Positions 44,870-55,378 of a stretch of DNA of 64,000 bases are shown one piece after another. Origin of the DNA: a virus. Lineage: Duplodnaviria; Caudoviricetes. Location of the stretch: IMG/VR virus record IMGVR_UViG_3300032321_000388, positions 32,001-96,000 of that record; one strand, written 5' to 3'. Both the position numbers and the translations under genes were made by a program. Each line of letters starts with the position of its first letter. The stretch's first letter is position 1. Below the pieces are notes generated by a model. It ran no database searches. It had not been told where the DNA came from and saw only the letters and a list, made by a program, of their open reading frames with translations.

Positions 44870-46443
44870 TGACGATTAATTTAAAATCGATAGTTTCAAA
44901 ACAGATTCCTGAATTTGCTAGGGAAGACTATCCATTATTTGTAGCCTTTATTGAGGCATACTATGAATATATGGATAAGAAGACATTTACAGTTGGAGCT
45001 TCAGGCCCAACTTATCTTGGCGGTAATCAGCAGAGAAACTTAGAAACTATAAGAGATATAGATCAGACTCTTGATGAATATATTCAATTTTTTAAAAATG
45101 AACTTGATGTATTTGGCGATAACTATGAATTTATTAATCAAAAGTTATTATTAAGAAAAGTTAAACAGTTATTTGTAGCTAAAGGTGTTGAATCATCATA
45201 TAAGTTCTTATTCAAATTATTATATAATAAAGTAGCTGAGATCTCATATCCATGGGATTCAGTACTTAAAGCTTCAGATGGTAAATGGCAGCAAGAAATG
45301 TCAGTGTTTGTAGATGTTTCTGCTGGATCAACATCAGTCTTACCTGGAAATCGAGTATCAATTAAAGGTACTAATGTTTCAATTAAAGTTTTTATTGAAC
45401 GTATTAAGTATATCAGAGGTAATATCTGGGAAGTTTTTATTAATAAGAACTACTATGGTAATATTGAAGTTGGAAATACAATTGAGTATGAAGGATTAGT
45501 TGGAACAATTATTCCTACCACAGTATCATATACAGTAACTCAACCAAGTACTGGATATAAGATTGGTGACTTAATTACAGGCACAACTGTTTCTAATGGT
45601 GTATCTATTACTCAACTTTTAAAAGTTACAAGAGTAGATGAAAATGGTGGAATTGTTAACATAGTAACAGTCAGATATGGGTGTGGATATGATTCTGGTT
45701 TCTATTTACTTCAATCAAATGAACCTATTATTGCAACATCTACATTAGCAATTACAAAGAATTCAACTCTTCAATATTCATTGCCTAATGATTCTATTGT
45801 AGAAAAATATGATGACTATGGTTATGTGATGGATCCTAATTATGTTGAGATAGCTCATGCTGATCCATCATATGTTGGTACTATTATTCAACAATTCTAT
45901 GAGCAATCTATAAGTGGACAAGGAAATAACCCCGATTATCTATTAATTAGATTTGATATTGGAGCGGTTGCTAAATATCAAGGTCATTATAACTCCAATG
46001 ATGGGTTCCTTGATGATGATATCTTTATCCAAGATAGTTATAGATGGCAAAAATACTCATATCTAATTACAGTTGATGAGAAACTTGATAAGTACAAAGC
46101 TCTTATCAAATCTTATCTCCATCCAGCCGGTACTGCTCTTTTTGGTGAATATCAGATCCAAAATACTTATGAACCAGGAGTTACTGCATCTCTAGAATTA
46201 GATCAATGGAGAGGCAAAGCTACCTTTAGAACTATAAATAAAGCTATTAGTGGCAATGATTATGTATATCCATCTGATTTGGGTGGAAGAATTAGAATAG
46301 AACCATATGATGCAGAAGACTATATGATGCCAGAAGAATACTACAACCCACCAATAACCTATACATTCTTTGGTGACGGTAGGAATAACTTAACAACAAC
46401 GGTGACAGTAACTGACTCTTCACCAAATATTACAGGACCATAG
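44869..46443 (+). CDS. 7: Baseplate wedge initiator gp7-like
   Basis: QIPEFAREDYPLFVAFIEAYYEY, KGVESSYKFLFKLLY, IQDSYRWQKYSY, HPAGTALFG. Confidence 0.8.
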   Translation: MTINLKSIVSKQIPEFAREDYPLFVAFIEAYYEYMDKKTFTVGASGPTYLGGNQQRNLETIRDIDQTLDEYIQFFKNELDVFGDNYEFINQKLLLRKVKQLFVAKGVESSYKFLFKLLYNKVAEISYPWDSVLKASDGKWQQEMSVFVDVSAGSTSVLPGNRVSIKGTNVSIKVFIERIKYIRGNIWEVFINKNYYGNIEVGNTIEYEGLVGTIIPTTVSYTVTQPSTGYKIGDLITGTTVSNGVSITQLLKVTRVDENGGIVNIVTVRYGCGYDSGFYLLQSNEPIIATSTLAITKNSTLQYSLPNDSIVEKYDDYGYVMDPNYVEIAHADPSYVGTIIQQFYEQSISGQGNNPDYLLIRFDIGAVAKYQGHYNSNDGFLDDDIFIQDSYRWQKYSYLITVDEKLDKYKALIKSYLHPAGTALFGEYQIQNTYEPGVTASLELDQWRGKATFRTINKAISGNDYVYPSDLGGRIRIEPYDAEDYMMPEEYYNPPITYTFFGDGRNNLTTTVTVTDSSPNITGP

Positions 46444-46452
46444 GAGTAAATA

Positions 46453-47169
46453 ATGCTTAAAGACAGTATCAAATTAACGGGTAAATTGTTAATACAAAAA
46501 TTTAATAATAAGAAAGAACTAGTATATTCTACTGAAGTTCCAAATCTTGTTGTAACGGCAGGTAAAGAATTCATTGCATCTAGAATTGTGAATTCTTTAA
46601 CATTTGATCCAATGAACTATATGGCTATTGGCGATGATGCACAAGTTGGTGCCTTATCACAAACAACTCTAGTTAATGAATTAGCTCGCGTAACAACAAC
46701 TTCATCAACAGCTTCAGGTGTCAATGTAACTTTTACTGGAACTTTTGGTGCTGGTACAGGTACAGGTTCAATAGTTGAAGCTGGGGTATTTAATAAGTCT
46801 TCATCTTCAGTTTTAGTATTTGACGGTGATACTGCGGTGGATGATGGAGCACATAAAATTACATATACAGCACATGGCTTAGTATCTGGCGATAAGATTA
46901 CATATACAGACGGCGGAGGTACCGCGGTTGTAGGTTTGACTGATGGTGGTACATACTATGTTGTTCGTGTAGATGCTGATAATATTAAATTAGCAACAAC
47001 TTATGCATTTGCTACAGCAGGTAGTCCAACTACTATTGGTATTACATCAGGTGTTGGTTCAAATCATAAGATTACTTATGGTACTATGCTTTGCCGTACT
47101 ACATTCCCTGTTATTACAAAATCAGGTTCAGAAACTATTGCTATCTCTTGGGTTGTTACTGTAGGATAA
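46453..47169 (+). CDS. Baseplate/tail-collar protein with an inserted beta domain
   Basis: NLVVTAGK, MAIG, EAGVFN ... MLCRTTFPVITK; insert shared with gp8. Confidence 0.6.
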   Translation: MLKDSIKLTGKLLIQKFNNKKELVYSTEVPNLVVTAGKEFIASRIVNSLTFDPMNYMAIGDDAQVGALSQTTLVNELARVTTTSSTASGVNVTFTGTFGAGTGTGSIVEAGVFNKSSSSVLVFDGDTAVDDGAHKITYTAHGLVSGDKITYTDGGGTAVVGLTDGGTYYVVRVDADNIKLATTYAFATAGSPTTIGITSGVGSNHKITYGTMLCRTTFPVITKSGSETIAISWVVTVG

Positions 47170-47173
47170 TAAA

Positions 47174-49942
47174 ATGCCATCATCATATTCAATGTTTAAA
47201 CAGAAGTTCAAAAAGACCATCGCGGATGCGGTGTATCAGGAAGTAACTTCTAAGACAGCTCGATACTATCATTGGTTTGGTAAAGAAAATACATGGCAAG
47301 ATTTCTTAAGTCCATTTATTCCATCTGGCACTACTGATACTCCTGGAGCTCCTTCAGAAAATTTCCGTTATGAACTTCATGTTCGTCGAGACATTCTTAC
47401 TGCCAAATTAATTAAACCTTCTGATGTATCATACGTTACTAGAAGAGTTGATTGGACTAATGGAACTGTTTTTGACATATATGATGATGCTTATGAAGCT
47501 ACAAATGGATATGGCTATGGTCCAGCCTATTCTGGAGCAATTCGTTTAGAAGATGCAAACTTCTATGTACTTACAAATGAATATAATGTTTATAAATGTA
47601 TAGATAATAATGATAATTCTCCATCTACGTATCAACCTACTGGTACTACACCTGATGTATTTGAAACAACCGATGGTTATAAATGGAAATTTATGTATGG
47701 TATTCCTGTTTCATTAAGAAATAGATTCTTATCATCAACATATATGCCAGTTTCAACATCTTTAAAAGCACAGTTCTATTCTTCAGGTTCTATTAATAAT
47801 ATTGCTATTGAGAATGGTGGAGGAGGATATAATCCAGGAACTACCATAGCAGTTATTAGTGGTGATGGTTATAAAGAATTTAATCCATATTTAATTAGTT
47901 CTATCACAACTACAAATGGTGGTCAAGGATTTACTACAATTCCAGCAATTACAATTGAACCTCCTTTTTCAAGTGCGATTGCATGGTCATCTGCAGCAAA
48001 TGTTCCTCTTGGAAGTTATGTTAGCTATTTAAATCCAGCCACATTAAAAACAAATTTCTATTACGTTTTATCTGGTACTAAATTAGGTACTTCAGGTCCT
48101 ATTCATACAACTGGAACTATTACAAATGGTGGCACTCAATTAAGATATTCTGGAACTACAGCAACAGCAGAATGTGTATTATCAAGCGGTGCAGTTGGTA
48201 CTGTATCTTTAATTGACGGCGGTTATGGTTATCAAGATGCACCAACTGTTACAGCAGATTATCCTATTACAAAAGATGCTGATTGGGTTACATTAACAAC
48301 AGCAGTATTAGGTGATATTCTTAAATATGATGGAAGATATTACGAAGTTACTTTAGCTGGAACTACAGGAGCTTCTGGTCCAACTCATACAACAGGCGAA
48401 GTTTTAAATGGTTCATCAAAATTAACATACTTAGGTAAAGATGCAGTATTAACTCCAGTTATTGTAAAAACTGAAGCAGAAATATCATTAGTTATTTCTC
48501 CTGGAATTGATAGCTTATATTCAGTATCTATAGGTTTGACCGGTTCTAAATACGTAGAAATTCCAACGGTAACAATTGATGCTCCAGGTTCTGGAATACA
48601 AGCTGAAGCAGAAGCTTCTATAGCGGGTGGTAAAGTAACTCTTATTAGTGTTATTAATCCTGGAAATGGTTATATATCTGTCCCGTTAATAACAATAACA
48701 AATCCTAAAATTACTTTTAATGCTGCCACAGGTCTTAACGATGTAACAGAAGTTATTAGTTATACTGGGCATAGACTAGTTACCGGCGATGCCGTTGTAT
48801 ATAACAATGGAGGTGGAACATCTATTGGTGGTTTAACATCAACAAATACTTATTATGTTATTAAAGTAAATGATGATTCATTTAGACTTGCCACATCAGC
48901 AATAAATGCAACAAATGGAACATATATTAATCTAACAGATGGCATTGGTTCAGCCCATACTTTAACACTTACATCTGGAAATGCTACTGCAACAGCAATT
49001 CTTGGTACTGGTGGTGAAATTGTAGGATATAGCATTGATGATGCTGGTATTGGATATACTAATGCAAATATTGAGATTGTTGATTCATCTGGATCTGGTT
49101 CAGGAGCAGTTTTAGTTCCTGACTTCTCAGTTGGTAATGTTGATACATTACAGGCAAACGTTGAGCTGCTTGCAGTTCCAGGTTCTATTGAACTTATTAA
49201 AGTAGTAGACGGTGGTACTGGATACGGAGGAGCAACTGCTACTATTTTAGGAGATGGCATTGGAGCTACCGCTGATATTATTTGTTCGGGTGGTAAGGTA
49301 ACTAAAGTAGTCATAACAAATCCAGGTTCTGGTTACACATGGACAGATGTTCAGATTACAGGTAATACAGGTTCATCTGGAGCAGTTGTAAGAGCTATTA
49401 TGTCTCCATTAGGAGGTCATGGTTCAAATGCTATTGATGAGCTAAATGCCAATTCAATTGTATTCTATACATCTATATCACGAGATAAGAATCAAGGCAT
49501 TGAAATTAACAATGACTATCGTAAGGTAGGTCTTGTTCGTAACTTTAAACAGTTTGGTTCTAATAGAAGATTTACAGATGACATTGGATCTGGTTGTGTA
49601 CTTATTACTGGTACTTTTGATCCAACAAAAATTCAATATGATATGTTATTATTAAAAGATGGATATAAGAAGTATCGTGTTGTTGACTTTACAGATACTC
49701 AGATCTTATTATCAGTATTCAATAACTTTTCTGTTTCTATTGGTGATACATTAGTTACAGATCCTACAGATGCTGGATTAATTACAGCCCCATCCGTAAT
49801 TGCACAGAATATTATTGTAACAAGTGTATCAGAACGAACTATCGATCAATTCTCAGGCGACTTCTTGTTCTTCTCAGTAAGAGAACCATATTCTCCTACA
49901 GCAGAGCAAATTATTACCGTAAGAACTGTCCTAACAATATAA
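47174..49942 (+). CDS. 8: Baseplate wedge gp8-like, extended
   Basis: RRVDWTNG..YDD, FYVLTNEYNVYKCIDN, DGYKWKFMY, SPLGGHGSNAIDEL, NDYRKVGL. Confidence 0.82.
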   Translation: MPSSYSMFKQKFKKTIADAVYQEVTSKTARYYHWFGKENTWQDFLSPFIPSGTTDTPGAPSENFRYELHVRRDILTAKLIKPSDVSYVTRRVDWTNGTVFDIYDDAYEATNGYGYGPAYSGAIRLEDANFYVLTNEYNVYKCIDNNDNSPSTYQPTGTTPDVFETTDGYKWKFMYGIPVSLRNRFLSSTYMPVSTSLKAQFYSSGSINNIAIENGGGGYNPGTTIAVISGDGYKEFNPYLISSITTTNGGQGFTTIPAITIEPPFSSAIAWSSAANVPLGSYVSYLNPATLKTNFYYVLSGTKLGTSGPIHTTGTITNGGTQLRYSGTTATAECVLSSGAVGTVSLIDGGYGYQDAPTVTADYPITKDADWVTLTTAVLGDILKYDGRYYEVTLAGTTGASGPTHTTGEVLNGSSKLTYLGKDAVLTPVIVKTEAEISLVISPGIDSLYSVSIGLTGSKYVEIPTVTIDAPGSGIQAEAEASIAGGKVTLISVINPGNGYISVPLITITNPKITFNAATGLNDVTEVISYTGHRLVTGDAVVYNNGGGTSIGGLTSTNTYYVIKVNDDSFRLATSAINATNGTYINLTDGIGSAHTLTLTSGNATATAILGTGGEIVGYSIDDAGIGYTNANIEIVDSSGSGSGAVLVPDFSVGNVDTLQANVELLAVPGSIELIKVVDGGTGYGGATATILGDGIGATADIICSGGKVTKVVITNPGSGYTWTDVQITGNTGSSGAVVRAIMSPLGGHGSNAIDELNANSIVFYTSISRDKNQGIEINNDYRKVGLVRNFKQFGSNRRFTDDIGSGCVLITGTFDPTKIQYDMLLLKDGYKKYRVVDFTDTQILLSVFNNFSVSIGDTLVTDPTDAGLITAPSVIAQNIIVTSVSERTIDQFSGDFLFFSVREPYSPTAEQIITVRTVLTI

Positions 49943-49945
49943 ATA
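49938..49945 (+). promoter_or_regulatory. Late promoter
   Basis: TATAAATA. Confidence 0.6.
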
Positions 49946-49971
49946 TATAAAATCAACTGGAAGAGTAATTT

Positions 49972-52900
49972 ATGGCACTTAATTTTAATACCAATCCCTA
50001 CTATGACGACTTTGACGATACCAAGAATTATCATCGAATTCTATTCCGTCCCGGTTTTGCTGTTCAAGCAAGGGAGTTAACTCAACTTCAAACACAAATC
50101 CAAGATCAGATTAATAGATTTGGCAGACATATATTTACTAGCGGATCTATTGTTACCGGTGGAGCAAGATTATTTGATAATAATCTTCTTTCAATTAAGT
50201 TAGCTTCTACTTATTCTGGTACTACAGTTAATCTTCAAAACTTTGTTGGTAAAACTATTACTGGTGCATCATCAGGTACTATAGCTGTAGTTAAATCTAT
50301 TGCAGATATTACTTCAACTGATCCTAAAACTCTTTTAGTTAAGATTACTTCTGGTACTGCATTTACTGCTGGTGAGAATATTACAACATCACCTGGAACA
50401 GTCTATAATGCAACAATTCAGAATACATTACCGTTTAATAGTGCAATGGTATTCTCAATTGATTCTGGTATCTTCTTTGTTGATGGTAAGTTTATCTATT
50501 TAGAAGCTCAGACAATCAATGTTGACAAGTATACAAATACATCATCAAAGAATATTGGTTTAGTTTTAAATGAATCAATTATTACTTCAGATAACGATTT
50601 ATCTATTTTAGATCGGGCACAAGGTTCTCCAAACTATGCAGCTCCTGGCGCAGATCGTTATGCTGCAACATTAACACTAACTGTTAAAGCTTTAGCTGAT
50701 GATGTTGAAAACTTTATTGAGATTGCCCGTGTAGTTGATGGAGCTCTTGTTGTTAATCAAGACAAGACAGTTTATTCAGAGATTGGTAAAGAACTTGCTC
50801 GTAGAACATATGATGAGTCAGGTGACTACACAGTTAAGAAATGGCCTATTCAAATATCAGATGATGTTACAGATCCTTCTGATCCAACTAAATTTACAGT
50901 AGCTCTTGATCCAGGTAAAGCATACGTTAAAGGATATGAATTTGGTACTATCAATCAAACATTCCTTACGTTAGATCGTGCAAGAGATACTGAACAAGCA
51001 GATAACATTGATGTTTCTACTACTTATGGTAACTATGTTTATGTGACAAGTATGTTTGGAGCATTCTCAACTAATGCTACTTCATCAGCATATTCATCAG
51101 TGGAAATTCATAACGTAGCAAGAGCTTCAGTATCAAGTTCATCAACTAAACTTGGTACTGCAAAAGTTAGATTTGTAAATTGGGTATCAGGTACTCCAGG
51201 TACTGCAGCGATCTATAAGATGTACCTATTTGATATTGTAATGGATTCAGGTAAATTCTTTAAAGATGCTGAATCTATTATCATCAACTCAGCTTCACCC
51301 ACATCTGGCGCTAATGTTGATGTATTATCAAAGGTTGGTGGTTCAGCTGGAGGAGATGCGTTCCTTTCAGGTGCTGATAGTCCAGGTTTAGTATTCCAAG
51401 TACCCAATGACTATATCAAAACAATTAGAGATAGTTTAAATGCTACTCAGTCTGATTATGCAATACAAAGAACATTTACTTCAGTATCATTTACATCTGG
51501 TACTGCTTCTATCTCAACAGCAAATGGATTAGAAAGATTTATTGGTGGATCTGGAGCTTTATCTGATACACAAAAAGATATGTATTATCATGCAGTAATT
51601 ACTGCTGTTACAAATGCTGGTTCAACTGGTTTATCTATTGGTTCAGTTATTCCATTCCGTTCAGCATCAACTAGATCTATCACACTCGCAACTCCAGTTT
51701 CAGGAGCAGCGCATCAAGCAACATTTAATATTAATGATGCATCATTTGCTGCAACAGTAACTATCATTGCTGGTATTAATGCAAATACACAAACAGAAAA
51801 GACTAAGACATTATCTGGATACTCAATCAAGATTTTAGGTACAGGTTCTGCTGGTGGTTTAAATACAACAATTGGCGGTAAAGATACATTAGCATTATCA
51901 GACATATATGATATTGCTGGTATCTATAATACCAGTACAACTAATCCAACTGCAGTAACTATTAATAGTACTACTGGTGCTCTTACATGGGGTGCAGTAT
52001 CTCATACTGACGTAACTGCAAATTATATAATTGATAATGGACAACGTGCTGAATACTATAATCATGGTAGCTTAATTCTTAACGGAACAGCTCCTACAGC
52101 ATCACATTATCTATTAGTAGTATATAGAAACTTTGCTCATTCAGGTAATGGTTTCTTATCAGTCAATTCATATGGTATTGACTATGCAGATATTCCGCAA
52201 TTTACAGATCCTGCATCTGGTCAAATATATGAATTAAGAGATTGTATTGACTTTAGACCAAGACGCGCAGATGGCTCAACAGCTCTTAACAATGGTCAAG
52301 TACCTTCACCAGATGGAACATTTAACGCAGATTATCAATACTATTTAGGTCGTATTGATAAGATTATTGCAACTTCTGATCAACAATTCATGGTTAAGAA
52401 GGGTATTGCAGCAATTTATCCAACTATTCCAACTGATGAATCAAATGGCATGGCAATCTATAATGTTGTTATTCCTCCATATACAGCTGATGTTAAAGAT
52501 ATTCAAATTAAATATATTGAAAACAAACGATATACTATGCGTGATATTGGACGTTTAGAAAAACGCATTGGTAATCTTGAATATTATACACAATTATCTC
52601 TATTAGAGAAACAAGCTAAAGATACATCAATTCCGGATGCATCTAATTTTGAAAAATTTAAAAATGGTTTTGTTGTTGATACATTTACTTCAGCTGACAT
52701 CTTTGCTACTTCAGCAGTGACATGGTCACAAAGACGATGGGGTTGGTGGTCAGCATGGTTTAATGGTTCAAATACTTGGGGTGGAACTGCAACAAACTAC
52801 AATGAGAATTCAATAGCTCAGGCTGCAGATCCTGATTTCTTAGCAGCAATTGATCCTATTAATCAAGAATTGCGTGCTCCATTTACAGTTGAATTTAGTC

Positions 52901-55170
52901 AATTTGATACATCAACATTAACAGATACTGCAAAGACTGGTGATCTAGTAACTCTTGATTATACTGAAGTTACGGCCATAGATCAACCATTATCAACCAC
53001 ATACGCTAATATTAATCCATTCAATGTGCTTCGTTTTGTTGGTTCTATTGTACTTGAACCATCATTTGACCAATGGGTTGATACAGCTTACCTACCTGCA
53101 GTTAATAAAGTAGTTGATATACAATTACAAGATGCTGAAGATAAGTACGAAACAAGATCTACTGGAGGTGGCGGAAGAATATTTGCTGTTACTGGTTCAA
53201 CTACCACAACAGTTACAAACGTTGTTGGTTCTGCAACTTCTACATTAGGAACAAACGTAGTTGATATCCAATACGTTCCATTCATCAGAGCAAATACAGT
53301 TTTAGGTGTATCAAGATTATTTAAACCTAAAGCTAGACTATATCCATTTATTGAAAATACAAGTATTACTCCGTATGTTAAACCATTAACATTGATTGAA
53401 GTGCAAAATCATACTGGCACTTTATTTGATGACAAACAAGGTGTTCATGAATCATTATCATTCAGAACTGGTTCAGCATCAGGAGCAGAGGCTGGTACCG
53501 CAAGAGCGGCTTTATATTCCCAACCATTAACAACAGATTCTACCAAACGATTATTATCTGTTTATAATGATGCTGGTACTATCACAGTTGGTAAATATGT
53601 TGTTGGTTTAACTGGTGGAGGTTCTGGAGTAGTTACTGCAGTTACAACATACACATTAGATAATCCTTTAGTTCCTGATGAATACGGTAATATTGCTTTT
53701 GAGTTCCAGATCCCAGCTAATACATTTAAAACTGGTGAAAGAACTATTCGATTAATTGATAATACAACTAATGATACTGAAGCTCAAGAATCTATCGGTG
53801 AAACCAAGTATACCGCTATTGGTACATTACAAACTAAACAAGAAACTATTCTCACTACACGATCATTACAAAATCAAAAGACAGTAACACAAATTGGTTA
53901 TTGGTATGATCCACTAGGTCAAACATTCTTAGTTGATGCTAGAGCAAATCCACAAGGATTCCATCTATCATCAGTTGATGTTTACTTTAAATCTAAATCT
54001 GCCACGGTTCCTGTTACTATGGAAATTCGTAGAACAGTTAATGGTTATCCAGAATCTGTTAGAACTATTCCGTTCTCTGAATCTATCCTTAATCCAGAAC
54101 AAGTAAATATTCAAGGTGGTGGTACAAGTTCTACAAATGACGCTGTTCAACCAGCAACAACATTTAACTTTGCAAACCCAATTCACTTGACTCCAGGTGA
54201 GTATGCAATTGTACTTGTTTCACAATCAAATGATTACCAAGTATACATATCACAAATGGGTGGTACAATTTTAGGTGGTACTACTAAAGTTGATAAACAA
54301 CCGTACATTGGATCTCTATTCTTCTCTCAAAATGCTTCTACATGGGAACCAGATCAGAATAAGGATCTTAAGTTCAAGATCAAGCGGGCAGACTTTACTA
54401 CTTCAGGTACAGCAGAATTTACTATTCAGGATCCTGCCACTATATATGATTATCACACGTTATTTACAAATGTGTCGACAGTATTACCTACAGGCACAAA
54501 TGTAGTTTGGTCAGCAAAAGCATACAATACTGATACAACATTTGATACTGATTGGACTCCATTTAATGTAATGCAAGATATTAATTACTCATACCTCAAG
54601 CGTCTAGCGGCTGCTTCAGGTATTGGTGGTACACCATCATTGAGATTACGCGCGTCATTAACAACTGAAAGTTCATTTGTATCTCCAGTTATTGATGCAG
54701 CAAGTCTATCAGTAGTTACTGCTCTTAATAGTATCAATAACGATGCATCAGGAGAAGCTTCAGTTAAAGCCGGTGGTACAGCTCTTGCTAGATATATTAC
54801 TAAACCAATTAATCTTGCTTCTGGTTTTGAAGCATCTAACTTGGCCGTAACTATTGATATCAATAAACCAGCTGGTACAGACGTCAAAGTTTATTACAAG
54901 ACACTACCAACTGAAAAGACAACTCCAATCTCTGACGAAAATTGGGTACTAATGACTCTTGAATCTACTGTTCCTTCATCATTATCCAACTATGACTTTA
55001 GAGAACATAGATACTTCCCAAGCGGAGCATTTAATTCTTATGGAGTTCCACAAGATAATCCTATTAGTCCAAGATTCAATACATTCCAAGTTAAGATTGT
55101 AATGTTATCTTCAAATCAATCTAATAGTCCAAGATTAAGAGATCTAAGAATTATTGCATTGGATAGTTAA
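49972..55170 (+). CDS. Large virion structural protein (DUF4815/VrlC-like)
   Basis: NPYYDDFD..KNYHRILFRPG.AVQARELTQLQ, APGADR, LARRTYDESGDY, YTMRDIG, DPLGQTF, DLRIIAL. Confidence 0.85.
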   Translation: MALNFNTNPYYDDFDDTKNYHRILFRPGFAVQARELTQLQTQIQDQINRFGRHIFTSGSIVTGGARLFDNNLLSIKLASTYSGTTVNLQNFVGKTITGASSGTIAVVKSIADITSTDPKTLLVKITSGTAFTAGENITTSPGTVYNATIQNTLPFNSAMVFSIDSGIFFVDGKFIYLEAQTINVDKYTNTSSKNIGLVLNESIITSDNDLSILDRAQGSPNYAAPGADRYAATLTLTVKALADDVENFIEIARVVDGALVVNQDKTVYSEIGKELARRTYDESGDYTVKKWPIQISDDVTDPSDPTKFTVALDPGKAYVKGYEFGTINQTFLTLDRARDTEQADNIDVSTTYGNYVYVTSMFGAFSTNATSSAYSSVEIHNVARASVSSSSTKLGTAKVRFVNWVSGTPGTAAIYKMYLFDIVMDSGKFFKDAESIIINSASPTSGANVDVLSKVGGSAGGDAFLSGADSPGLVFQVPNDYIKTIRDSLNATQSDYAIQRTFTSVSFTSGTASISTANGLERFIGGSGALSDTQKDMYYHAVITAVTNAGSTGLSIGSVIPFRSASTRSITLATPVSGAAHQATFNINDASFAATVTIIAGINANTQTEKTKTLSGYSIKILGTGSAGGLNTTIGGKDTLALSDIYDIAGIYNTSTTNPTAVTINSTTGALTWGAVSHTDVTANYIIDNGQRAEYYNHGSLILNGTAPTASHYLLVVYRNFAHSGNGFLSVNSYGIDYADIPQFTDPASGQIYELRDCIDFRPRRADGSTALNNGQVPSPDGTFNADYQYYLGRIDKIIATSDQQFMVKKGIAAIYPTIPTDESNGMAIYNVVIPPYTADVKDIQIKYIENKRYTMRDIGRLEKRIGNLEYYTQLSLLEKQAKDTSIPDASNFEKFKNGFVVDTFTSADIFATSAVTWSQRRWGWWSAWFNGSNTWGGTATNYNENSIAQAADPDFLAAIDPINQELRAPFTVEFSQFDTSTLTDTAKTGDLVTLDYTEVTAIDQPLSTTYANINPFNVLRFVGSIVLEPSFDQWVDTAYLPAVNKVVDIQLQDAEDKYETRSTGGGGRIFAVTGSTTTTVTNVVGSATSTLGTNVVDIQYVPFIRANTVLGVSRLFKPKARLYPFIENTSITPYVKPLTLIEVQNHTGTLFDDKQGVHESLSFRTGSASGAEAGTARAALYSQPLTTDSTKRLLSVYNDAGTITVGKYVVGLTGGGSGVVTAVTTYTLDNPLVPDEYGNIAFEFQIPANTFKTGERTIRLIDNTTNDTEAQESIGETKYTAIGTLQTKQETILTTRSLQNQKTVTQIGYWYDPLGQTFLVDARANPQGFHLSSVDVYFKSKSATVPVTMEIRRTVNGYPESVRTIPFSESILNPEQVNIQGGGTSSTNDAVQPATTFNFANPIHLTPGEYAIVLVSQSNDYQVYISQMGGTILGGTTKVDKQPYIGSLFFSQNASTWEPDQNKDLKFKIKRADFTTSGTAEFTIQDPATIYDYHTLFTNVSTVLPTGTNVVWSAKAYNTDTTFDTDWTPFNVMQDINYSYLKRLAAASGIGGTPSLRLRASLTTESSFVSPVIDAASLSVVTALNSINNDASGEASVKAGGTALARYITKPINLASGFEASNLAVTIDINKPAGTDVKVYYKTLPTEKTTPISDENWVLMTLESTVPSSLSNYDFREHRYFPSGAFNSYGVPQDNPISPRFNTFQVKIVMLSSNQSNSPRLRDLRIIALDS

Positions 55171-55171
55171 T

Positions 55172-55378
55172 ATGAAGATTAAAGTAGAAAATGAATCATT
55201 GGTAAGAGATACAGGAACTAATGCTATCTTAGAGACTGATGTAAATAAATTGCAGAAATCTAGAGCTATTAGACAAGCATTAAAAGAAAAAGAAAACAAA
55301 TTAGATTATTTGATTGATAAAATAAATAAACTAGAAACAATTATCGACGGGATGACAAATGGCAAGCTTAACACTTAG
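55172..55378 (+). CDS. Small conserved coiled-coil protein
   Basis: KVENESLVRDTGTNAIL; typical neighbour of the DUF4815-like gene. Confidence 0.65.
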   Translation: MKIKVENESLVRDTGTNAILETDVNKLQKSRAIRQALKEKENKLDYLIDKINKLETIIDGMTNGKLNT

